Shown here: in pieces, positions 12,301 through 23,782 of the stretch | Layout: every line of letters begins with the position of its first letter | How positions within the stretch are numbered: position 1 is the stretch's first letter | NCBI GenBank assembly: GCA_964057225.1 | Contig: OZ059895.1 | Coordinates: 7,192,001 to 7,256,000, forward strand | Reading direction: 5' to 3' | Length of the DNA stretch: 64,000 bases | Source: Auanema rhodensis | Lineage: Eukaryota; Animalia; Nematoda | Made by a program: the position numbers and the translations under genes | The notes under the pieces: model-generated | What the model saw: only the letters and a program-made list of their open reading frames with translations | What the model was told of the DNA's origin: nothing | Databases searched by the model: none

Positions 12301-15300
12301 AATTTGTCACTTTTTGTTGGCAGTAGCCAATTGATTGGAGCATGCAATATAGATTGAAGCTTAGCATTCCAATCCTTTTTTCTCATCCTTTCAATAGAAT
12401 AGATAGTTTAGCGGTATCATGAGGTTTTGAAGCTTCCGGTTTTTTGTTTCGTTCTTTTAATCGTTATATGATATCCGGGTTACTAGATTGACTATCTAGT
12501 TTCATAGACTAGTCAACGAACGAATTGCGCTATATTGTTTCCAGTGTATAATAGTCTTATTTATTATTATGATTTTTCTATTTTTTAGGTGTCGAAATAC
12601 TGTCGTAGACAAACTCGCGAAAAGGTATTAGCTCCAAAATTCGTTACTCTCCTACGGGATCCAAGTCGATGGGTCAGTTTGTCGATTGAATCGTTTTTTT
12701 TTCAAATGCTCTTGAATACACTCCGTGCGATTTAGCGTTCAAAACTCTCGAGTTTCTTTGCTTACCTATTTTAGTTTGTATTTCTCACAGCGCCATTTCA
12801 GGTCTCCTACGCTGCATTCCAAGAGTTAGGTCCGTTTATTTCTACGTTTGCTAACTCTCATGTCACAGGAATGAAAATTATGGACGGCAAGGTTGCCAAA
12901 TCAACTAATGTATTTAAAATTCTTTTAATAATTCAGGTATATGTTTGCGGAGAAGAAAAAGATATAGCTGAATTACCTGATAATTTATGGGAATCTCCTT
13001 TGCCTGATAAGGTTTTCGCCCATCTACCCCCTGGGGTACTTCTACCACATGAATTACTGGACGATCAAATGGGTTCAGATGACACTCCTTCACCAACAGA
13101 TAACTTAACACGGTATGCAACTCAAATGAATGTGCTATTGTTTTTTTTCGTGAAATCACATGCGTCCAATATGTTAATAATGGACTGATTTGCGTAATAG
13201 CGAAAGCCATAGGAGTAGTATTAGTAGTAATAATTTATATCCAATACGTTATATTCTATAATTCTTTTAATAGTTATGAAATGAGTGAGAGAATTGTTGG
13301 GAGTCAAAAAGTGTTGCTAACAGTAGTAAATTGTTAGTCTACGCATAATATTTAAATGGCGTGGCATTCAGGCTATATATCATAACTCTCTAAACGTTTT
13401 CAACTATTTGCTTTCAAATTTTAGAGTTGTTGATGGTCTTCAAGATATGTTGGATACATGGACTACCTCTAGTAAGAGGAAGTGCGCGCACAGTGCTCCG
13501 TCCAGTATAAAGTTTGTTCAGTTTTACAAGATGCGCATGCTTGTTGTTCATTTGTTTCATGTCTCTTCGTCCGATTGATTCTCTAGCTACGCTTCGAGAG
13601 AAGTTTTATAGGAGTTTTTCTAGATTCATCATATTTTTTTAAAATTGGGTTTATGTGTGTATGTGTGTATGTGCGCGCTGATGTTCCCTAATTGTCTTAA
13701 TTACTTGGCAAAAATAGAAAAAGCATGTAAATAGCCGAAATAGTTGCGCCCCTATGTGTGTATGTAAAGTAGAGATTGCTAATAGTTTTTTTAGTCGACA
13801 TTTTGAATATTTTTATTTTTTATAGATACAAATTTTATTGTTAATCCCTTTTTCTTTAGTGGTGACGTGGAATCTTGCTCCAGTATTGCTGCTAAGTGTA
13901 ATTCAGTAGAAGATCTATCAAAGTAATTATTTAGTTCAAAACATAAGTTTTTAAAATTTTGTATTTTCAGTATCGGACTCGATGATGATAACGTAGTTGA
14001 CATGTCTATCGACAGTGATGAGGAGAATGATGATGATAATGGTCAGGGCATGGACACAACTGTAATTGACTACGACGAAAATAAAATGGATCAAGAAACT
14101 ACTGCTGAACGTCTTATGAACATATGTGACACCGTTGCCACTTCAGAGGATAACTTTAACCAGCTTATGTACTGGTCGAATGACTTTGACGACTTCGTTG
14201 TTGATTTGTAGGTTTTTCCACTATATTTAGTTTGTTTTGTAATTTGTTACGGGAAAACACCATTGCCTATCATATTTTAAAATTCTGTTTACAGAGAATT
14301 ACAACCATTCGGAGCATCGAGTAATATTGAAAAATGCATCAGCTTTTTAGATAGGCGTTTTGACATACTAGCAGTTAATACTGCTAATCTAGGTATTATG
14401 CAACAATATGGACTTACTAAAAATAAGTTTATTTTTACAGCTTCCCCCAAACGACAAATTGCTAAAGTTTCTCCTTCTAAAACTGAGCCACCTACGCAAA
14501 TAGTTTATCCATTTGTGTACGTCTTATTAACATTTCATACAATATATATCTTATTCGTTGCAGAAATGATGATTCTGATATGGAGTTATTCAAAGATGTT
14601 TCTGGTACTGATGATGACGAACCTATGTTAGAGGAAGAAAAAGATTGTGAAAACTCTCGGGTTTGTATTTTTTTTATCTGGAGCTGATCATAATAAGATT
14701 CTCCGGTCGGCCGTTTAGTTTTATGCTGATAAGCATGGTATTTATTGTTTGACCGGGAAGTTTTACCTTCAAGCTACTATCATATTCTACGTAGAATTCT
14801 TTGATTATGCGACATGATTTCAGCGTTTAGTACCTAAGGAACTAATCGAGAGCTACATGTCAATGATTTCTGTTGGCACTGCAAATGATGGCGACATCAA
14901 CCGATATTGTGCCCATAATTTCCCCGCTGTTGCATTCACTTTGGGACGTTCTAGTTGGCCACAACTCCGAAATACATACGTCCAGTTGGCAGGCGATGAC
15001 CAGGTTAGTTGTTTGTGAATTATTTGTAAACTGTGTAGCAGAACTCTCTCGCATGAAACTTTGTATAGTCTTTGTTTATTAATTTGGTTTTAGCTGCGAG
15101 TTCGTATGTCTATTGCTAGTTCACTACATGAAATGGCAGCCATTATTGGTTCTTCCAAAACTGAAACGGATCTTCTGCCCATCTTTAACAGCTTACGGTG
15201 TGTTCATCTGGCTTATCTATCATACTTTTCGTTTTAGATCAGATGTGCCTGAAGTTCGCGTAGGAGTTTTAAGAAATTTATTCCACTTTGTGAAAGTATA

Positions 15301-16340
15301 AAGGTCATTTGAAGTTTCTATTTTACGCTATTATTGCAGTGTTTGCCACCGGCTAGTCAGCGTAAAATGATTGAAATTTTACCATCCTTCATGCCAATTG
15401 ATAATAGCACAATGAGCTCCAATTGGAGATATCGTTTAGAGTTCGCTCTGTAAGTAGAACTATCTTTTCTTGTTATTTTTTTTAATTTTGTTCTGTTTCA
15501 GTCAATGTCAGAAGTTGTGTGATATTTATAGCATTGAAGATATCAATAGAACTATGACGGCAATTGCTCTGACTCTAGCTAATGGTTTTCTTATCTTCCC
15601 ATAAGATAGCATTCTTTTAAATTGCTTTAGATCGCGTAGCCGAAGTTAGATTTGAAGCTGTTGAATTGGTTTCAATTGTTTTGGAACGTATCGTACAGAG
15701 CGAATGGAACGGGATGATAAAAGCGACAGAAGTTCGCGATAACAAATCTCTAGCTCCAATAAGTGAGCTTTTCGTTCAAGATATCGTATCTGGATTTGCT
15801 AAAACACAAAAATGGACACGGAGACAAACGTAAGCTATTTGTAGTGGCACTCTCTTTCTGAAAGCTTACTGTTTTTTAGGTTTGTGAATATATGTGAGAA
15901 ATGTCTTCAGCGACAATGTATGAATCAAGAACAATTCCGATACTTCTTCTTACCTCACGTCTCAGCTATGGCTTATGACAGTGAGTCAGAATGCTGATAT
16001 CCGATACTAATCAAAAACATTTTCAGAGGTTCCAAATGTTCGAATTGGTGTATGTCGTGTGCTCGCTTTGCTTGTACCAGATCTGAAGCCTGCACCCTTG
16101 GGTAGCGAACAAACGTTATCTGTCGCGGAAGTCTTGTCTAGGCTTATTCAAGATACTGACATGGATGTAGTTCGACAAGCAAAAATTTCTATGCGCCTCG
16201 CCCCTTACAAAGATTTTATTGACATCACCGGTCGACATGAACGACTTCAGGAGCGTGAACAAATGATGATCGCAGTTCAAGTGAAAGATAATTACACTGA
16301 GATGGATATGAGTATATCGCCGCAGAAACCAATGAATTGA
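3360..16340 (+). CDS. ppfr-1: Serine/threonine protein phosphatase 4 regulatory subunit 1 (HEAT-repeat), multi-exon, 5' end lies upstream of the window
   Basis: Phase-compatible exons at ~3360-3420, 3592-3686, 5497-5610, 8828-8887, 11803-11883, 12589-12672, 12802-12891, 12937-13112, 13425-13511, 13860-13922, 13970-14208, then about ten more exons to the TGA at 16340. Joined peptide has PP4R1 signatures: [101 protein letters not shown], VPNVR. It hosts mir-71/mir-2, as is known for this gene. Confidence 0.93.
4746..4801 (+). ncRNA. mir-71: pre-miRNA mir-71 (intronic in ppfr-1)
   Basis: TGAAAGACATGGGTAGTGAGACG (4746-4768) is mature miR-71-5p. TATCACTATTCTGTTTTTCGCC (4780-4801) is the star arm, and the two arms pair. 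Confidence 0.98.
5301..5359 (+). ncRNA. mir-2: pre-miRNA mir-2 (intronic in ppfr-1)
   Basis: TATCACAGCCAGCTTTGATGTGC (5337-5359) is mature miR-2-3p. The 5' arm CGTCAAAGTGGTGGGTGATTTG (5301-5322) pairs with it, and the basal stem extends (GCTCA...TGAGC, ~5287-5369). Confidence 0.98.
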
Positions 16341-17895
16341 AGTTCCTCAGTTTTCAATATGTTCTTCACAGCTAAATAACATCATCGTCATCTATTTTAT
16401 GTATGCGTGGTAATCTTGTATGCATGTATATTGATGTGTGAATAGAATCACGGTTGCCTTCAGTTTTCTTCATCTTTCCTTGACATCCGTCTAGTTCTTG
16501 TCATACTTCTAGTTGTCATCATCTTACTCATTTTTTAGAAAATTGGTAATCTAAGAGAGAACCGTTTTTTCATCCTATTTGGATGTAGAAAGTGGAGCAA
16601 TTTCTATTAATCTTTTATATTTGAAGTTAACAGATCAATATGTTTATGCGCTCTGTGATTGATTATCATTTCCTCAGCTACAGATGTTATGTTTTATCAA
16701 CATCATTAGATTCTTTTCACTTCCTATTCCTCTGTCATTCTATTACTTCACACTATGTGATATGTTTACCATCCTCGTGTTGCAAGATTTTAGTTGTAGT
16801 GTGAGTAGGTTGTGTCAATCCGATGTTTTAAACGTCAACCTTTTTCTTTTTCTGACATCGTAGTTCAATGTTCTCGGTGATATTCGGTCTGTCCTCCTCG
16901 TCACATCGCATTTTCTAATTGCATATCAATAGCCAACAGTTCATCGAGTTGTTGCTGAAGCAAATTCCTTTTTTCAGTTGTGCTTGTATTCTGTCCTTTG
17001 TCTGACCTACAAAAGTACAGTTTCAGCTGTTGCTGCTGGTTTAGATTGTACAACATAAGTTTCAAAAAAATATATATTTTAAATGAGAATTTATAGATAT
17101 ATTTACCTTTTTTTACTAATAGACATGTACACTGTCTCGCTAATATGTTCTCTTTGACTTGATTTTAACCAATTCTTACGAGCAGGCCTCAGAAAACTAT
17201 TTCAGCTTCAGTTCTCAACTTTTTGAAACTATATTTGACTTTTGTTTTTCTAATTTAAGCCATATTTTCACTTGAAATTCACTTGCTCACCTTAATCTTT
17301 CACAAATCGTACTTGGACTTGTGGGTTTTCCGAAAAATCGATCATTTCCAGAATTGAAGTTATATCTAACTTAAATAGTTTTTTTTAAATTTAATCTCTC
17401 TCTTTATACGGATTTTATCTAGGTGCTACACAATTTGGAATTAATCTTTTTTTCCTTTTGCGATAACATAATGTCTGACTTGAATCTTGTTGAATGGAAC
17501 CAAGAGCTATAGTTGTCATTTATTTTATTTTTATACTGTGTATGTCTGGGTATTTTCTTTTTTTCTATATTTTCACGTATATAGTTGATAATGCTCGAGT
17601 TATGTGACTATGATTCTGAATATGTGGTTCTATTCAACCAGTTCTCCCTCAGCAAGATTTTTTTTCACTTTTGTGTAATGTCATACATATTATACTTCAA
17701 AATGCACCAATGCAAATAAATTATTCACATCTGTGTTAATTTAAAATAAACAAATGGTTTATTACCATATAGGTATAGTGTTCTTTTAAAAACTTTTCAC
17801 GATTTTTTAGACCCGTATTTGTGTCTGCATGATCGGTTGAGAGCAAAGAAGAAAATTGAAAAATACACAACAAAAGAAAAAAAACTATGAGTTGA

Positions 17896-20816
17896 CTAGC
17901 GGATATATCTGAAAAGAAACATTTTTGATATATGTATATTCGGATAAACATACTTAGCAGCCCAGTCTATACGTCCAGGATTTGGCTTGTTATTCGTTAC
18001 CACGTTCACATTACTGTTTTGATTCAGAGTTCTAGCACCGAAATTTGGGACGTACCCTAAAAATGAATAAAAATGAGTTAAATTGGTTGGCAACTATGTA
18101 ATATGTGAAGCTACTAGTTTGAAATAGAATGTTTTGCATATATAAAACTGTCGTTTCTTAATGCGAAAATAGCAGATAGTATATGAAAAGAGGAATAGAT
18201 TACTATATGATTACACTGGGGTTGATGGAGGAAGGTGATAGTATAGACGTAATAACATGCATGGAAAGGAAAATACTAAGTTGCGATAAGTTTAAGAATT
18301 TTACGACGATTTTCTGGTTACAACTTTGTTGAATAAGCGGCTTATCAGAAAAATTATGTTAATAAACTAATATTCTAGATAGTATACGAAAGAGAGGAGA
18401 GCCTCACCGTATGCATATTCGAACCTTGCTTGCACAGCCGAACGGCCTTCCTTTTTCGCTGAGTTGGATGCCAATGCATTATTTCCTCCTTCCTTCGGGA
18501 CAGCTCCTGAAAGTCATATTTAGTTCTGAGATGGATGCTTTGCTTTGCGAATTCGGTTTCTAATAGCTCACCTGGAATGAATCGACTCTTCGACATGTAT
18601 ATATCTTTAGCAGCTTTGCGTTCCTGCCCTGCAGCTGGTCCACCTGATGGAATACCTCCAGCAGCTGCAGGTTTGCGCTCTCCTTTGCCATCTTCTGCTC
18701 TGAAGAAATTGAAAAGAGTTATATTTGCTACTAAGCATTGTGATTATTTTTTTTTCTAGACCACGGCACTCATATTGCAAAGCTAAGCCTTTTGAAACCT
18801 TTTGAAACGTCTTCAAAGATTTGAATATTTTGATCAGAACGAACAATTGTTCATTATGATTAATAGTAATAAATTTATCTTCTTTTCTTTTGTATTTAAT
18901 TGTAAATTATTCATAATAACAGTAACTTACTTATCAAATAGCATACTTCGATTAAGAGGAATATTTCGGTTGATATTGCGCTCCGGCTTACCGAGTGGTG
19001 ACACATTCTCAGAACCAGGATATTCCTTAAGATTATTCTAAAGGATTAGTTATTCTTATTACTAAGCATCTTATATTTTAATTTATAAATCTATATATCT
19101 ATAAACCTTTTGTTTTCCTAGAATTGCTTTGGAGTCCGATTGCGTACTTCCAGCGCTTGTTTTACGTGTAACACCAGGCGCTGGTTGACTCATCACTGGT
19201 GCTCCCAATTTTTCAGCTACTTGGAAGTATTTATAACGAAGCGACTAAAAATAACAAACATATTGGTTACAAAATTAAATTTTTGTTTTAACCTGAGCTG
19301 CTGATGGCCTTTTTTCCGGATTCCATAACATCATATCCATCATTAACTTCATTCCATCTTTTCCTATCGTATTAACTATTTGTTCCATGGGTGTAGCCTA
19401 ACAATATAGAAATTATTAACAGTGAGAAAACTGACTGATTTCTATTCCTATTGGAAGTTAGTACACTTACCTGAGCCTGATGAAACCGGAAATTCATTGT
19501 AGCTGCTAACTTATAGCCCTCAGGCCATTCATCCTTCAAATAATGAATAAAATAAAATAAATTATTATATTGATTCACCTTAGACGGTGTTCCAAGAATA
19601 TTTATGATCTTAAATAATTGATCTAGTTCACTGGTGCCAGGAAACAATGGTCTGAGCATGTAAAGCTCAGCCATAATACACCCAAGAGCCCATATATCGA
19701 TAGGACTGTTATATGATGTTGAACGTAGAAGTATTTCCGGTGCTCGATACCTGTAATATTAAAAAGAAATATATTATTTATAATAATATAACAATACAAC
19801 CGTACGGAAAAATAATAAAAATTAAAATGATTTTCATATATGTTCATGTGACAACTTGAGCTAAATTGATGTAAACATTCTAATTCATATCTTATATAAA
19901 TATAAATTATTTAATTAATAATTTTTAAAAATTAAACTTAATTAAGCTTTCTTGTGTGAAACTTACCATCGTGTTGATACATAATCAGTATATGGTGGTT
20001 TTGATCGTATTTCCCGTGCTAAGCCAAAATCAGCAATTTTCACCAATTCAGTGCCATTGCACATAATATTTTCCGGTTTCATGTCACGATGAAAGAAACC
20101 TGAAATATTTTGTTGCAAATCACTCTCTAATTATCAAATATTAAACCATTTTTATGCATAAAACCTAGGCCCTGTAGTACTTGATAAACAATATTTCGTA
20201 TGACGCTTTCAGGAAAAAAACGATCTCTGTAAAATATTATTAAAAGTTAATATTATAATTCAATTATTCAGTTATTACTGCTGCTGCTGCTGCTGTTCAA
20301 AACATTTTTTTATAATTCAATGATAATTGTAATGATACTTACCTATCTTTCATGAGCTCATAGAGATTTGCTTGCATGAATTCAAAAACGAAATATAAAA
20401 GATCATTTTCACGAATTACCTATAATATTTATAAAATTTAATTTATAAATAATATAAATTTCTTTTATATATTTTCTATATTAACTTACTTCCCGTAATT
20501 TTATAATATTAGGATGTTGCAATTTTTTTAATGATTTAACTTCCCGTAGAGCCATAGCTTCTTCAAAACTGTAGAACTTTTTCTTCATTCTGAAACCAAA
20601 TAATCATATTGTTGCTTGTGATTTTAGTTAATTATATATTATATATTTAGAAAAATATATGATTAACTTTAAAAATAATATCATGATTAACCTTTTAATA
20701 GCTACTTTGTCACCCGTATCTATCTTTCTAGCTAGTAGTACTTCGCCAAAAGTGCCGTCGCCTAGGCGTTTTGTCATTGCATATCGATCAGCCAGAATCT
20801 TTTCCCGTTCACCCAT
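17896..20816 (-). CDS. dyf-5: MAK/ICK (RCK) family ciliary kinase DYF-5, multi-exon
   Basis: Exons 20816-20692, 20589-20490, 20419-20343, 20226-20147, 20099-19967, 19750-19579 and onward give [64 protein letters not shown] (TDY activation loop). The family C-terminal motif GRIDWAAKY is present. Last micro-exon is 17908-17896. Confidence 0.96.
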
Positions 20817-22151
20817 TCTGCTTTTGCCTTAAATATGTCTTGCTTATTTAAAACCTTAAGATACAATTGAATCGAACAAATATTTGAAAAAACAATCATT
20901 ATTTTCATGAGTGAACGATGATTTGAAGGATATGAGTGAAGCTGTCTTTATGTATATCCTATAGGATATCTCAATACTATTGTTCTAAGTATGCGTTGTC
21001 TGATTTAAAATAGAAAGATTTGAAGAAAAAAAAAACAAAAATTGAATCATTGAAAAGAAATAATTTCCTTTTCAATTGATATATATATATGAATATAAAT
21101 AGTTATACTATATACATTGAACTAGATATAAAAGAATTGAAAAATAAATTGTTTCATCAAATATCAGATTATTTCGATCAAATTTATCTTTCATATGCTT
21201 CAGAAGTAAATGAGATGAAGCAGAAAATATTATGAACAAGGAAATACAAATGAAAACATACATATGCTTGAGAACAAATAAAAAAATTAAAAAAAAAAAA
21301 GAAAGAAGAAGAGATAAAGTATAGAGTTGAAAAAAATGGGAAGGTAGGGGGGGATTGATGTGATGAAGATATAAACAAACAAACAATCAAATTACAGTTT
21401 AGTTCATTTTTTTATTCTTTAGAAGGAAAAATAAAGATAAAATAATAAATAATAAATTTTAAAAATTAAAAAAAATTAAAATATATTTGATGTGATAATG
21501 ATGAAATATTATATAAATTTTATTTTAAAAAAATGATAAACATCTGATATTCATTTGAAGTTAAAAATATAAATAAAATTTGAAAAAAATTGTTTTGACA
21601 ATCAAATCCTGGTTTATTTGAATTGTGCCTAATGGAATCTATTTTAAAAGTATCTTATACACGTGATTTGTTGAAAAAAATGATGAAAATGTAAGTTTAT
21701 AATCAATGGAAACAACAATATCTTGAATATCTACATATGTATATTCACCTTTACTTAAGAGAGAGGGAGAGGGAGAGAGAGAGAGAGAGTAGAGAGAGGG
21801 AGAGAAAAAGAACAAGAAAAGGAGGGAAAAAGGAGATGAAATAATTTTAAGAATAGGTGTAAAATCAAATTAATTTGGTGTTGAAAGATGCAGTAAAAAG
21901 AATACAAGGTTATTGGTGAACGCTTAAAGCAGAATATGAGAAGGTTGGGAAGAGAATCTGGACTCATTTGTATTACAGAGAGATAGAACGTGAGATATAA
22001 ACAGAAGGAGAGAGATTTAGACTATAAGAGATATATATAGAGAGTGAATAGCATTTGTGAGAAACAGCAATTCAGAAAAGACAGAGAGACAAGAAATTTG
22101 GAGAAATAGAAAATTGAAATATAACAAGGGTTAGAGATTCCAGCTTGCTGC

Positions 22152-22165
22152 ATTGCCATGGAAAC
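22152..22165. promoter_or_regulatory. X-box (RFX/DAF-19 site) upstream of dyf-5
   Basis: ATTGCCATGGAAAC (GTTTCCATGGCAAT on -) fits RTHNYY-WT-RRNRAC. It lies in a GC-richer island ~1.3 kb upstream of the ATG of a known DAF-19-regulated ciliary gene. Confidence 0.8.
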
Positions 22166-22950
22166 TGGGTTAGACACAAGACTTACTCTACATCTGTAAC
22201 CGTCTGAGACTTTCAGCATAAGCTAGTCATAGGTTTCTCTACCTCGTATTCTCATGTTTTCTTTTCACTCTCATTAGTTTTCTCTATCTCTTTTCATGTT
22301 TATGCTTTCTAAAGTAAAGGGACATTAAGATGTCTGTCATTTCTTAAAGCTTAAAACCTTCATTATAAGGTAAGTTTGATGAGAGAGAACTTGAAAGAAT
22401 ATAAAAAAATAGAAATACATGTATACGATACGAATAGAAAAGATTTATAAGAATTTTTTTATTAAGATTTAATTGTTCAAAAGAAATAAAAAAAATAAGT
22501 AAATATATAATATTATTTTTTCTATTCATATTCATATAAAATAATTTTTTTTTGTTTTAAAGTTTAAATAAAATATAAATTATTTTACAATAAACTGAAA
22601 AATAATAGAAATATAAGAGTTTATAGACAAATAACCAAATAATTATTCTTATAACACTTAAAGCTTAAAAGGAACAAACTACAAGTTTATTCGATTGGAA
22701 AGAACATTAAACGTTTCTTTTTTGTAAAAAAATAGAATTTTTAATAAAGAAAATAGATTAAGATAATGAAAATTAATAATATTATATATTATATATTATA
22801 TTTTGTATATTTAATAGAAGAAAATATGAAAAAGACGACATTTTAAAAACATTTTTAATTAATATACTATGTATATGACGACAATATAGTAGATTGTCAT
22901 TATCAATAATTTGTATTTAAGCACTTTTTAATGAACTTCAATATAAAATT

Positions 22951-22952
<2 letters not shown>

Positions 22953-22986
<34 letters not shown>
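22953..22986. repeat. (AT)n microsatellite
   Basis: Uninterrupted AT dinucleotide run. A second run is at ~23153-23189. Confidence 0.95.
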
Positions 22987-22987
<1 letters not shown>

Positions 22988-23151
22988 TTTATAAAAAGCT
23001 TTTAATCAAAAATCTTTTTTTTTAAAAAGATTTTTTTATAAAATATTATGAATGAATAAAAAACTGAAAAAAAAAAGTTTTATAATCATAATCAAAAAGG
23101 AAATAATCTTTATTAACTATATTTGACAAAAAAATAATATTATACATATAG

Positions 23152-23185
<34 letters not shown>

Positions 23186-23729
23186 TATAGCATAAGCTTT
23201 ACTAATAGCATCTCCAACTTGAACAAAAAATAAACTTTGCAATATTCTTCAGATGTAATTTGCATTGTATTGTTTTCTATCTAGCATATCTTTGTTTGTT
23301 TATTATAATTATTATTTTTGTTTAAACAAAATAAGTTTAAACTTATAGTTTTTTGAGTAAAAATAAGTTTTAAAATAAAAAAAATATATTTTATATGATA
23401 TATTTCTATTTTAATTTAATTATTTCTTATATTATTTAAATAAAATTATTATTTTTTTACAAAAAAAAAAGCAATTCAATCCAAGTACTTAACTGCTACT
23501 ACCGTCGCCTTGGTATTCACCATGGTAAATCTCAATGAAAACCAATTTTTTTATAAAAATTTGTCTGAACAACTTTAATGAATTTTGAAGTTATTAAATG
23601 GATATGTTTCAGCTCCATTAAGTTATATTTCAGTTTCTTGCTTGATGCTTACCTGCTTAGAAAAAAATTGAATATAATTTTCTCGTTGTCTTTGCTTCCT
23701 CTCTATTCCTTCCCCTTTTTTCTCTTTCG

Positions 23730-23740
<11 letters not shown>

Positions 23741-23778
<38 letters not shown>
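23741..23778. repeat. (TC)n microsatellite
   Basis: Perfect TC run. Confidence 0.95.
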
Positions 23779-23782
<4 letters not shown>

